Below are positions 9,337 to 18,592 of a DNA stretch of 59,248 nucleotides, one piece after another. The stretch is from an uncultured Myxococcales bacterium. Lineage in GTDB: Bacteria > Myxococcota_A > Polyangia > DRWM01 > JAAZOP01. The notes beneath the pieces were generated by a model. That model ran no database searches. It was given only the letters and a program-made list of their open reading frames with translations, and was not told the origin of the DNA. The position numbers were made by a program, and so were the translations under genes. The stretch lies in the NCBI GenBank assembly GCA_964568275.1, contig CAZMRP010000003.1:1-59248 (forward strand), given 5' to 3'. The first letter of the stretch is position 1, and every line of letters starts with the position of its first letter.

Positions 9337-10159
9337 GCCGATGTCGGAGGGCCGCGTCGAGACGAATGTGGCTGAGACGCCGTGGCTGGCGAGTTCCGTG
9401 CGGTGGGTCGGCGTCGGCGCGAACAGCGTGTTCTGGCCTGCCGTGTCCTTCGCGTGGGCCTTCGTCGAGAGGACGGGGCCGCGGCAGCACTCGCTCATGA
9501 TGTGGTGGAGTCGGGCCTGCCTTCGATCCGCAGGCGTCCGCGTGCATGCCCTCGGAATCGAGAACGTACTCCGGGACCGGCCCCAGATCTTCTTCTCGAG
9601 CCACGCCAGCATCGCCGACATCTGCATCCTGGCGTCCGTCCTTCCGGTCGAATACCGCTGGCTCGCCCGCAAGGAGGTCTTCCGGATCCCGATCATCGGC
9701 TGGTACCTCTCGGTGACCAGGCACGTGAAGATCGATCGCGGGGACCGTTCGACGGCGATCCGCCTGCTTGCGGACGCATCCGCACGCGTGCGGGCGGGAT
9801 CGAACCTCCTGGTGTTCCCGGAGGGAACGAGGAGCCCCGACGGCGGACTCCTGCCCTTCAAGAAGGGCGTCTTCCACCTGGCGATCGATTCGGGGGTCCC
9901 GATCGTCCCCGTCCGGATCCTCGGTTCCCACCGGATCATCCCGAAGGGCAGCGGGCGCCTGGGCTCGGGAGACGTGGATGTCGTGGTCGGCACCCCGATC
10001 CCGACCGATGGCCTGGACGAGGACGATCTGCCGGCGCTCATGGCGCGCGTCAGGACGGCCATGCGGCGGGCGGAGACCCCGGGACGGCGGTGCGCAGCCT
10101 GCCCGGACCCCGGGATGGGCCGCGGGCATGGCCCTGGAGGTGACCAGCCGTGGCAGTGA
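9329..10159 (+). CDS. plsC: 1-acyl-sn-glycerol-3-phosphate (lysophospholipid) acyltransferase
   Basis: HX4D motif SHASIAD plus FPEGTRSPDG and IVPVRI blocks. The start is ambiguous between GTG 9314, ATG 9329 and ATG 9341. Confidence 0.85.
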   Translation: MSRPMSEGRVETNVAETPWLASSVRWVGVGANSVFWPAVSFAWAFVERTGPRQHSLMMWWSRACLRSAGVRVHALGIENVLRDRPQIFFSSHASIADICILASVLPVEYRWLARKEVFRIPIIGWYLSVTRHVKIDRGDRSTAIRLLADASARVRAGSNLLVFPEGTRSPDGGLLPFKKGVFHLAIDSGVPIVPVRILGSHRIIPKGSGRLGSGDVDVVVGTPIPTDGLDEDDLPALMARVRTAMRRAETPGRRCAACPDPGMGRGHGPGGDQPWQ

Positions 10160-11208
10160 GCGTGCTGGTGACCGGGGCCGCGGGCTTCATCGGCTTCCAC
10201 GTCGCGAGACGCCTGCTCGCTCGTGGCGATTCCGTCGTCGGCGTCGACAACATGAACGGCTACTACGACGTCGCCCTCAAGAGGGCGCGGCTGCGCCGAC
10301 TTGAGGCGGCGGCGGGCTTCGACTTCCGCCTCGTCGACGTTGCGGACCGGCAAGCCGTCTCCGGCCTGTTCGACGACGCGAGGCCCGCGCGCGTGGTCCA
10401 CATGGCCGCGCAGGCCGGCGTGCGGTACTCGCTCCAGAATCCGCACGCGTACGTGGATTCGAACCTCGTCGGGTTCGTGAACGTACTGGAGGGGTGCAGG
10501 AGCGTGCTCGTCGAGCATCTCGTGTACGCGTCCTCCAGCTCGGTGTACGGGGCGAGTGCCGGGCCGGTGCACGCGACTTCGCGCGATACCGACCGGCCGG
10601 TCAGCCTCTATGCGGCGACCAAGGGCGCCAACGAGCTCATGGCGCACGCCTACAGCCACCTGTTCGGCATTCCCGCGACGGGACTGCGCCTGTTCACGGT
10701 CTACGGTCCCTGGGGGCGGCCGGACATGGCGCCGATCCTGTTCTGCCGGGCGATTCTCGAGGGACGGCCGATCGACGTCTACAACGAGGGTCGCATGTGG
10801 CGGGACTTCACCTACGTCGACGATGCCGTCGACGGCGTGATACGTGCGCTCGACCGTCCGCCCCGGCCGGGAGATGCCGCCTCGCCATGCGACGGATCGG
10901 CCCGAGGCAGCGGCCGCCCGCCTCACCGGCTGTACGACATCGGGAACCGGCAGGCCGTCGAGCTCGCACGCTTCATCGACGTTCTCGAGGAGTGCCTGGG
11001 GCGGCGGGCGATCCGGAACCGGCTTCCGATGCAGGCCGGCGATGTGGTTGCGACGCTTGCAGACATCACGAGGGCAGGGGAGGACCTGGGCTTCATCCCG
11101 ACGACGCCGGTCGAGGTCGGCGTTCGGCGCATGGTCGCGTGGTGCAGGCAGTACTACGGGGAGCCGCGCCCCCAGGAGCATGCGGAAAGGGGGGAGCATG
11201 GACTCTAG
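10150..11208 (+). CDS. NAD-dependent nucleotide-sugar epimerase (UDP-glucuronate 4-epimerase-like SDR)
   Basis: Rossmann motif TGAAGFIG, catalytic YAATK (YxxxK) and an extended-SDR C-terminus. The start is GTG 10150 or GTG 10159. Confidence 0.85.
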   Translation: MAVSVLVTGAAGFIGFHVARRLLARGDSVVGVDNMNGYYDVALKRARLRRLEAAAGFDFRLVDVADRQAVSGLFDDARPARVVHMAAQAGVRYSLQNPHAYVDSNLVGFVNVLEGCRSVLVEHLVYASSSSVYGASAGPVHATSRDTDRPVSLYAATKGANELMAHAYSHLFGIPATGLRLFTVYGPWGRPDMAPILFCRAILEGRPIDVYNEGRMWRDFTYVDDAVDGVIRALDRPPRPGDAASPCDGSARGSGRPPHRLYDIGNRQAVELARFIDVLEECLGRRAIRNRLPMQAGDVVATLADITRAGEDLGFIPTTPVEVGVRRMVAWCRQYYGEPRPQEHAERGEHGL

Positions 11209-13522
11209 TGCTGGCGCCAGGGCCCTGTCCTGCGCGCGACAGGCTGCCGTCTCCTCGAGCCCGTGCCGGGAGCCGTGCCGTTCTGTCATGGAGGGAATGC
11301 AGGAAGTCGGTCCCGCGTTCCTCGCCTCCGCTCTCGCCACGATCCTCGTCGTCGGAGTTTCTGCGGCCGCTGACTGCTTCTGCCTCCGTGCGATCGGGAT
11401 CGCCGCGGCTGTCGTCTTGGTGATCGTCGCGGCAGCGATTCAGTGGGACCCATCCGCGGCGCTGCGGGCCGGCCTCTTCCTCTCGGACGGATGGCGGTCG
11501 GCCCGCTGCCGGCGACCCGGTCGGTTCGTCCTGACGCACGTCTGCCTTCTCGCCGTTCTGGCGGCACTTCTGCCTGTGCGAGCCGAGGCGCAACAGGCCG
11601 GGACGGTGCCCCCCTCGATGGACGACCCTGCACCCGCGGACTCAGCCGGGTCGCCACTGGCGCAAACGGGCGAAGAGACCGAGGAAGCCCGAGGCACCTC
11701 CGCGAACCTGCGTGTCCCGGAGTCGACCACGGTCACGAGGGTCCAGGAGAGCGCGTTGTTCGACCGACCGCAGGTCGAGGTGCTCGACCTGCTGCCCGCG
11801 TCGGGCATCGGGACGGCGAGCGGTCCGGTCGGCCTTGCGGGCCCTGGGGCTGGGCCCTGGGTGCGCGCCCTTGCCGGGCCGGGGCGCCTTGTCCTGACGC
11901 TCGACGGCCTTCTCCTCGCCGATCCGGCGACCGGGGAGCCGATCTTCGAGGCGGTGCCGTTGGCGGCCGCGCAACGGGTCGATCTCGTTCGCGGACCGGC
12001 GTCCGGGCAGGGTGCCGAGTACGGGGCGGCCGGCGTCGTGGACGTGGCCACTGAGCCGGGTGGGCTGCATCGCGGAGCAGCCGGGACTCTCGGGGTCGGT
12101 TCGTCCGGGACCGTGTTCGCCACGGCTCGTCTCGCTGGCGACACGGCATGGCTCGAGGCAGCCGGGACCCTGGAGACGCGCGCCGTTGCCGAGCAATGGT
12201 GGGGGGACGGGTCCGACGGCGATCGATACCGGGGCTTCCTCCGACTGGATCTCGGGCGGGATCGGGATCTGTCCGCCACCGTGACGGCCGGCTTCGCCTC
12301 GTGGCGAGTGGCGCCGGGCGGGAGTCTCCTGCTCGGCGGGCCGGGGACCGACCCCGCACCGTCGGATTGGCTGTCCGGGGAGCGCGACACGTACCACGTC
12401 CACGCCACCGTTCGATGGCAGCCGGTCCGCGAGCTGGTCCTGGACGCCACCGGCGCCTGGCTGCACAGCTCTTCCGACGGCCCGACGCTGCTGGAGGGGT
12501 GGCCGGACCCTGGGGCACTACTGGACTTGCTCCCGGCTCACCAAGGCCAACGGTGGTTGGCCGGCAGTTCCGCGCGGTGGCAACTGGTCGAGGAGGCAAC
12601 CCTGAGTCTCGGCCTGCGCTACGTGCGGGACTCCGGCACGTGGGGCAGCTCCGAGGCTGGCAGCCTGCTGGACATCGGGGACGACGCGTCCGCCTGGTTG
12701 GCGACGCCGTATGCCAGCGCCGTCTTCGAGCCGGAGGGGGGCGGCGTGCGGGTGATCGGCGATCTCAAGGTGGACTGGCACTCCGCGACCGGAGCGGCGG
12801 TCTCCGGGGGTGTCGGTGTCGCCTTCATGCCGGCCTCCGGGACGACCCTTCGCCTGAGCACGTCGGACGGCGTTCGGCATCCGACGCTCCTGGAACTGAG
12901 TCTCCCGGGCGGCGATGCGCTCTCCGAGGAACGGCTGTTCCAGGTGGAAGCGGGCGTCGAGCAGTCCTTTGCCTCGCTCGGGTGGGGGCGCATCACGGCC
13001 TTCGCCAACCGCGTCTCGTCTCCCGTCGTACCCGGGACGCCGGAAGATCCCCTCGCCGGCTACCGGAACGGAGACGAGTACCACACGACCGGACTGGAGT
13101 TCGAAATCCGTCTCCGTCCTCTCGACTTGCTGGAGTTCCGCCTCGGCTACACCCATGCCTGGGGTGACGGCGTTGGGTCCGGGGCCCTCGTGCCGGCGGT
13201 CCCCGCCAACATCCTCGGCTTCGGAGTGCTGGCCGAGGTCCCGTTCGACGGCTGGTCGCTCGAAGGCCTGCTGGAACTCCAGGTGGTGGGATTCGAGCCG
13301 TCGTCCGGGCTGTCGCCCTCGAACGCGGAGCCCTCGCCGCCGTCGTATGCGACCGCCAATGTTGGGCTTCGCGCACGCCATGGACTACTGGCCCTGTTCC
13401 TGGACGTCCGGAACCTGTGGGACGCGGAGCTTCCCGCGGCGAGTGGCGCGACGCCGGGCGGGATCGAGGCGTTCCTGGGTGTCGCGGTCGAGACGGGAGA
13501 TCCGGAGTCATGGAACCGCTGA
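11198..13522 (+). CDS. TonB-dependent-receptor-like outer-membrane beta-barrel (plug plus barrel)
   Basis: Plug-like region (...VLDLLPASGIG...RVDLVRGPASGQGAEYGAAGVVDV) followed by alternating beta-strand sequence with YRNGDEYHTTGLEFE. The signal-like LLAVLAALLPVRAEAQ lies well inside the ORF, so the start is uncertain (ATG 11198 with a purine-rich RBS, or ATG 11288). Confidence 0.6.
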   Translation: MDSSAGARALSCARQAAVSSSPCREPCRSVMEGMQEVGPAFLASALATILVVGVSAAADCFCLRAIGIAAAVVLVIVAAAIQWDPSAALRAGLFLSDGWRSARCRRPGRFVLTHVCLLAVLAALLPVRAEAQQAGTVPPSMDDPAPADSAGSPLAQTGEETEEARGTSANLRVPESTTVTRVQESALFDRPQVEVLDLLPASGIGTASGPVGLAGPGAGPWVRALAGPGRLVLTLDGLLLADPATGEPIFEAVPLAAAQRVDLVRGPASGQGAEYGAAGVVDVATEPGGLHRGAAGTLGVGSSGTVFATARLAGDTAWLEAAGTLETRAVAEQWWGDGSDGDRYRGFLRLDLGRDRDLSATVTAGFASWRVAPGGSLLLGGPGTDPAPSDWLSGERDTYHVHATVRWQPVRELVLDATGAWLHSSSDGPTLLEGWPDPGALLDLLPAHQGQRWLAGSSARWQLVEEATLSLGLRYVRDSGTWGSSEAGSLLDIGDDASAWLATPYASAVFEPEGGGVRVIGDLKVDWHSATGAAVSGGVGVAFMPASGTTLRLSTSDGVRHPTLLELSLPGGDALSEERLFQVEAGVEQSFASLGWGRITAFANRVSSPVVPGTPEDPLAGYRNGDEYHTTGLEFEIRLRPLDLLEFRLGYTHAWGDGVGSGALVPAVPANILGFGVLAEVPFDGWSLEGLLELQVVGFEPSSGLSPSNAEPSPPSYATANVGLRARHGLLALFLDVRNLWDAELPAASGATPGGIEAFLGVAVETGDPESWNR

Positions 13523-13596
13523 CGCGTCCCGGTACGCGCGGATCGGTGGCGACTCGCGCCCGCGTCGGAGGTGTTGCCGGAAGCACGGAGGGCAGA

Positions 13597-14970
13597 ATGG
13601 TCGTTCCGGTCCGCGTCATCACGCATGTCCACACCCGCTACTCGACCGGAGTCGCGTCGGAGATGGATCCCGTGATCGGCGGGGCGATCCGCAGGATCAT
13701 GGGAGGTCGGGCGCTGCCCGACGCGTGGACCGAGTCCTTCACGCCCGTATCGGCGCTGCTGGAACTCGTGCGTCGTCCGGAGCGGGAACGACCCGTTGGG
13801 ATCGTCGTCGTCACCGACCACATGAACTCCCGCGCCCACGCGCTGCCCGAGGAACTGCTCTGGGCCGCGGCGTCGGAACCGCGGTTGGCCGTGGGCGCGG
13901 AGCTGGCCTGCGCGGAGCCGGACGGGGACGGCGTCCCGCGCCGCTCGCCGGAGGTGCTGGTCTACGGAGGACCGGACGCTGCTCCGGGGCCGCACGGGGC
14001 CTACCACGGGGTCTCGCAGGCGACGTTGGACGAGATGTACCGGCTGTGCCGCGCGGACGGGAGCGCAGAGCTGCAGACGAGCCGGGTGATGGGGTACTGC
14101 GAGGCGCACGGCATGGCGTACGCGCTGGCCCATCCATTCGACGGGCACGAGCTGTCGGTCGAGCGGATGGTGGACCTGGTGTCGCGGGCGAGGTTCGTCG
14201 AGGTGGTGAACGGCGGCTTCCCGCCGGAGGGCGCGAGGTTCCTCGGTGCGCTCGTGGAGTTGCAGAACGCCGTCGTGCGAGGCAGCGGTCTCTCCGCGCC
14301 CGCGGGTGAGTATTGGCCGTCCGCGGCGGAGTTCGTGCGGCGGACCCGGGTCGAGCGGCGCGGGCTCCTGCACCCCTGGGGCGGGTCGGATGCCCACGTG
14401 CAGGACTTCGACCGCGTGGTGGTCCGCTACCTGGCGGATCGCCCCGACCCTTCGGCCGGGGACCTGTTCCGGAGCATGGTCGAGCGACCCGTCGGGGAGC
14501 TGCTCGCCCGAGGCACCTTCCGGATCGAGGGCCGGCCCTCCACAGGGATGGAAGTGCTCGACGACGTCCTGCGCATCGTGGCGAAGAACCTGCTGCGGTA
14601 CGTGCCGGCGCTGGCCGGAAGTCCCCGTGTGGCAGTCGCGATGCTGCTGGAGACGGCGCGGATCACGCGGTCGGAGTTGGCCCGGCGTTCGGAGCGCCGG
14701 GCGGCGCTCCTGCGCGAGGTCGAGCGGCACTTCCCGGCCGAGGTACTCCTCTCCTGGCTGCAGCCCGGCGTGACGCGGTTGGCGACGGACAGCGCGGGGC
14801 TGGGGCACGGCATCTTGGCGACGACGGAAGCAGACCGGCCGCGCGTGGCAGAGGTGGTCACCCTGAGGCCCGGCCGATCGCGGGGAGGTGCCGGGCGGGC
14901 GGCAGGCCCCGCGTTCTGGCAGGCGGGGAGGCCGCGCGTGGACCGGAGGCCGCCGGCGGAACGTCCCTGA
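13597..14970 (+). CDS. PHP-domain metal-dependent phosphoesterase
   Basis: PHP motifs THVHTRYS, VVVTDHMN and GGSDAH. GGAGGG sits 5 nt upstream of ATG 13597; an alternative ATG is at 13510. Confidence 0.65.
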   Translation: MVVPVRVITHVHTRYSTGVASEMDPVIGGAIRRIMGGRALPDAWTESFTPVSALLELVRRPERERPVGIVVVTDHMNSRAHALPEELLWAAASEPRLAVGAELACAEPDGDGVPRRSPEVLVYGGPDAAPGPHGAYHGVSQATLDEMYRLCRADGSAELQTSRVMGYCEAHGMAYALAHPFDGHELSVERMVDLVSRARFVEVVNGGFPPEGARFLGALVELQNAVVRGSGLSAPAGEYWPSAAEFVRRTRVERRGLLHPWGGSDAHVQDFDRVVVRYLADRPDPSAGDLFRSMVERPVGELLARGTFRIEGRPSTGMEVLDDVLRIVAKNLLRYVPALAGSPRVAVAMLLETARITRSELARRSERRAALLREVERHFPAEVLLSWLQPGVTRLATDSAGLGHGILATTEADRPRVAEVVTLRPGRSRGGAGRAAGPAFWQAGRPRVDRRPPAERP

Positions 14971-14997
14971 CGGCGCCAGCGAGGCGGAGATCGGGCG

Positions 14998-17283
14998 ATG
15001 CTCGAGCACGGGTTGACGGAAACGACGCGCTGGATCCTGCGACACCGCATCGCGGTGCTCGTGGCGTGGCTTCTGCCCCTGCCCCTGCTGGTGTACGGGA
15101 CCGCACACGTCAACGAGCGGTTGAAGTCGACCGGCTCCTCCCAGGCCGGTGGCGACAGCTGGACGGTGAGCCGCCTGCTCGAGCAGGAGTTTCCGCGGCA
15201 GGCGCAGCCGTCGGTCCAGGTGACCTTCCACGACGATGGCCGGACGGCGGACGACCCGGGATTCGCCGCCACGGTCGCACGGGTCGGCGAGGCGCTGCGG
15301 CGCCTGAAGTGCGTCGACGATACGACGACCTGGCCGGCACTTCCGCTCCGGCGGCAGTTCGTGTCGCAGGACGGGCACACCCAGTTGATGGTGGCGCAGC
15401 TCGCGCTGGGCCCGGGGGACCGCGCCGGCGAGCGGCAGTGCGTGGTCGAGGCACGGCGGGTGCTGTGGGCCGTCCGGGCCGGATCGCCCACGCCCGACGC
15501 GGAGCTGTCGGTGACGGGCGGCTCGGCGGTCGACCTCGACGTCGGACAGCTCGTTCGGCGCGACAGCTTCCGTGCCGAACTCGTGGTCGCCCTGGCCTGT
15601 GCCGTGCTGCTGGCGTGGATGCTGGGCAGCGCCCTCGGTGCACTCCTGCCGCTCGTCACCGCCGGCGCGGCCGTGATGGCCTGCCTGACCGGAATATGGA
15701 CCGTGGCCGACGCGGCGCAGTTGTCGGTGCACGTCTCCGGCATGGCGACGATGACGGGGCTCGCGCTCGGCCTGGACTACGCCCTGCTGTACATGACCCG
15801 CTTCCGGCAGGAGCGCGAGGCGGGTCGGTCCGTTGCCGACGCGCTGTCTACGACCGCGGCCACGGCGGGGAGAGCGATCCTGGGCTCGGGCGCACTCGTC
15901 GCCACCGGCTTCGCCGGGCTGCTGATTCCCGACCTCGGTTTCGCCCGCTCGATGGGCCTGGCCGGCTTGCTGACGGTCGTGCTCGCGCTCGGTACGACGC
16001 TGACCCTGCTGCCGGCCCTGCTCTCGGTCGCCGCGCATGCGCTCGACTGGCCCCGCTGGGGCTGGCTTCGCAGGAGCCACGGGGCGAACGACCGGCTCTG
16101 GGAGCGATGGAGCGGCTTCGTTCTCAGGCGCCCCGCGCTCCCTGTGGCCGGCGGCATGCTCCTCATCTCGTTGTGCGCCCCGTGCGCGACGCAGTTGCAG
16201 GTGAGGAACCCGCGCCATGAGGTCGTTCCACCGGAGGCGGAGTCGCGACGCGGGCTGGGCCGCGTGATCGAGGTGACCGGGGAAGGGGCCCTGTACCCGA
16301 TTCGCGTCGTCGTTCGGGCCGAGGAAGGCCTCACCTTCCGCGACCCGGGGCAGCAGCGTGCATTCCTGGCTCTGCTCGAGCGGGTACGGTCGTGGCCCGA
16401 GGTGTCCGATGTGCAGAGCGCCGACCTGCTGATGAAGTACTCGGTGGAGATCCTCGGCGTGCGGCTCGGGTACGGCTTCGGCGAGGGATTCGCGGGGAGG
16501 TTCATCAGCCGCGACGCCGACTACGCGTCGTTCAACGTCCTGGCGAAGGGCGCCGATGACCCGGCGCTGGCCGCGCTCGTGGTACGCCTGCGTTCCGGAC
16601 TGCCGCGTCTGCTGGCCGAGACCGCTCCGGGACTGCGCGCGTGGGTCGGCGGTGGTCCGGCGCGCGACTGGGAGATCCGCACGGGACTCGCGGATGCCCT
16701 GCCCACGATGATCCCCGTCGTGGCAATGGCCGCCTTCATCCTGATGGCGCTGCTGTTCCGCTCGCTGGTCGTGCCGCTCAAGGCGCTGCTGCTCAACGCC
16801 GCCTCGCTGGCCACGACCTTCGGGATCCTGGTCCTCGTGTTCCAGCACGGCTGGGGCCTGGGCCTGCTGGGAGTCGCCGGCCCGCCCCCGGGCGCGCTGT
16901 GCTTCACGACGCCCGTCCTGCTGTTCTGCATCCTGTTCGGCGTGTCCATGGACTACGAGGTCTTCCTGGTGTCGCGCATCCAGGAGGCCTATCGTCGCAG
17001 GGCCGCCGGGAACGCCGGTCCGCTGGAGCGCGATCGGGCGCACCGGGAGGCGATCCACGAGGGCCTCTCGCGGACTGGGGCCGTCATCACCAGCGCGGCC
17101 CTCGTGGCCACCCTGACGTTCGCGGCGTTCGTCTCGGGATCGCTCCTGCCGATGAAGGAGATGGGATTCGCTCTCGCGCTCGCCGTGGCGCTCGACGCGA
17201 CGCTGGTGCGGATGATGCTCGTGCCGGCAGTGCTGCGCTTCCTCGGACGTCGGACGTGGTGGTGGCCGGGAGATGCTCCGTGA
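14998..17283 (+). CDS. MMPL-family RND transporter (second copy)
   Basis: Two TM bundles with MMPL blocks (GLALGLDYALLYMTRFRQE and GVSMDYEVFLVSRIQE) and large periplasmic loops. Confidence 0.85.
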   Translation: MLEHGLTETTRWILRHRIAVLVAWLLPLPLLVYGTAHVNERLKSTGSSQAGGDSWTVSRLLEQEFPRQAQPSVQVTFHDDGRTADDPGFAATVARVGEALRRLKCVDDTTTWPALPLRRQFVSQDGHTQLMVAQLALGPGDRAGERQCVVEARRVLWAVRAGSPTPDAELSVTGGSAVDLDVGQLVRRDSFRAELVVALACAVLLAWMLGSALGALLPLVTAGAAVMACLTGIWTVADAAQLSVHVSGMATMTGLALGLDYALLYMTRFRQEREAGRSVADALSTTAATAGRAILGSGALVATGFAGLLIPDLGFARSMGLAGLLTVVLALGTTLTLLPALLSVAAHALDWPRWGWLRRSHGANDRLWERWSGFVLRRPALPVAGGMLLISLCAPCATQLQVRNPRHEVVPPEAESRRGLGRVIEVTGEGALYPIRVVVRAEEGLTFRDPGQQRAFLALLERVRSWPEVSDVQSADLLMKYSVEILGVRLGYGFGEGFAGRFISRDADYASFNVLAKGADDPALAALVVRLRSGLPRLLAETAPGLRAWVGGGPARDWEIRTGLADALPTMIPVVAMAAFILMALLFRSLVVPLKALLLNAASLATTFGILVLVFQHGWGLGLLGVAGPPPGALCFTTPVLLFCILFGVSMDYEVFLVSRIQEAYRRRAAGNAGPLERDRAHREAIHEGLSRTGAVITSAALVATLTFAAFVSGSLLPMKEMGFALALAVALDATLVRMMLVPAVLRFLGRRTWWWPGDAP

Positions 17284-18051
17284 GGACGGGATGCACGAGC
17301 GCATCGGTCGGATCGACTGGCGCCGGCAGCGAGCGGTGCGCCGCGCGTGGGGTTCTCCCGTGCCGGACCGACCGACGATGGTCCCTGGGCGGCGGCGTGA
17401 CCCGCGTCTCCCCCTGCAACGGAGGAGAGACGTCGCTCTCGATCTGGCCGGTCTGCTACGATTCCGCGTGCGAACAGGCTCGGTCTCGGGACACCCGCTT
17501 CCTCGACCGGATGAAGACTCCGCCGGGCAAGCCAGCGGCGGGACCGCCGTACGGAATGTGGAGGACTGTGGAATGGGGCGTGCATCCACCGCTCGGGATC
17601 GGAAGTCGAGACTCGCGAGTCCGCCTCGAGGAGGGCGCAGTCCCCGGACCAAGAAGAGCGCGGTCGTCTTCAAGCTCAGCGAGCTGGAGGCGCTTCTCCT
17701 GCTCCGGTGTCCACTCCTCGAACCCGCATGGTACTGCTCCGAACCCGGACGGCGCGAACACCGGACCGGCGATTCCCGAACAACCGCACGACGGCGTGGT
17801 CGAGCGAGGATCGCTCCGGAGGCTCCCGGGGTCGACGACCGCGTGGTCCGCACGCGCAGGGAGCGAGGCACGGAATGATGCGGTCGGGTTGCCGTGCTGC
17901 AGGTGCTGCCAGCCGCGTCCGGCGACCCAGTCGCCTTCAACCGGCGGTCCCACGAGCACTCCCGCGAACGCGTCGTCGGAGCCGAACATCGGCACGCCCG
18001 ATCGGGCCTGGACCGTGGCCGTGACCGCGGTCTCGAAACAAGGAGGTCACC

Positions 18052-18405
18052 ATGGACGCGCTCTGGTACCTGTACGTGGTCGCGAACCACACCGTCGGCG
18101 AGATCTTCCTCGGCATCGCGAAGGACCGGGGACCGCCGGGGGATCCGGTGGGCCCGTACGCCAGCGTCCCGGACCGATGGGATGTTCCCCAGCGGGGCAC
18201 GACGAAGGCCGGCCAAGCGTGGGATCGCGGGTACCACCACCTGACGACCCTGTGCATCTTCTCGTTCGACTCGCAGGAGGAGGCGTCGGCGCGGGGCGAG
18301 GAACTCGAGCGCGACCCGACGGCGCTGGCCGACGACTGTGCGGCGGCAGGACTCCTGACCGGGCACGGCTACGTGGTGGTCCGAACGGGCGCGGTGCCGA
18401 CATGA
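18052..18405 (+). CDS. hypothetical protein (117 aa)
   Basis: Near-perfect RBS AAGGAGG 6 nt before the ATG, and protein-like composition, in an otherwise unassigned 1.3-kb stretch. Confidence 0.55.
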   Translation: MDALWYLYVVANHTVGEIFLGIAKDRGPPGDPVGPYASVPDRWDVPQRGTTKAGQAWDRGYHHLTTLCIFSFDSQEEASARGEELERDPTALADDCAAAGLLTGHGYVVVRTGAVPT

Positions 18406-18592
18406 CCGTCGCACGCGAAGAGGGAATCGGGTGATGGGGATCGTCCTGGGCTCGTCGTTCTGGAATGAGCGGACCCCTGGAGCCGTTGCCGGGGATGATG
18501 GCGACGGGGATGGTGGCGACGCCGAGACGACCGATGGTAGCCTGTGACTCCGTCTGGTCGGGCGGGTCGCGCACAAGAGAGAGGTCCACGCC

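Noticed and set aside
8449-11340. 963-aa minus-strand ORF
   Set aside because: Shadow of the MMPL, plsC and epimerase genes. No motifs.
17456-17995. 179-aa minus-strand ORF in the junction region
   Set aside because: No RBS, and the composition is mixed. A short stretch (FEEWTPEQEKRLQLAELEDD) looks protein-like, so it may be a gene remnant, but the support is too weak to annotate.
18052-18405. Assigning the 117-aa protein to the GIY-YIG nuclease family
   Set aside because: Only the N-terminal WYLYVV...GEIFLGIA loosely resembles GIY...YIG. The downstream Arg/Glu/Asn catalytic positions are not evident.
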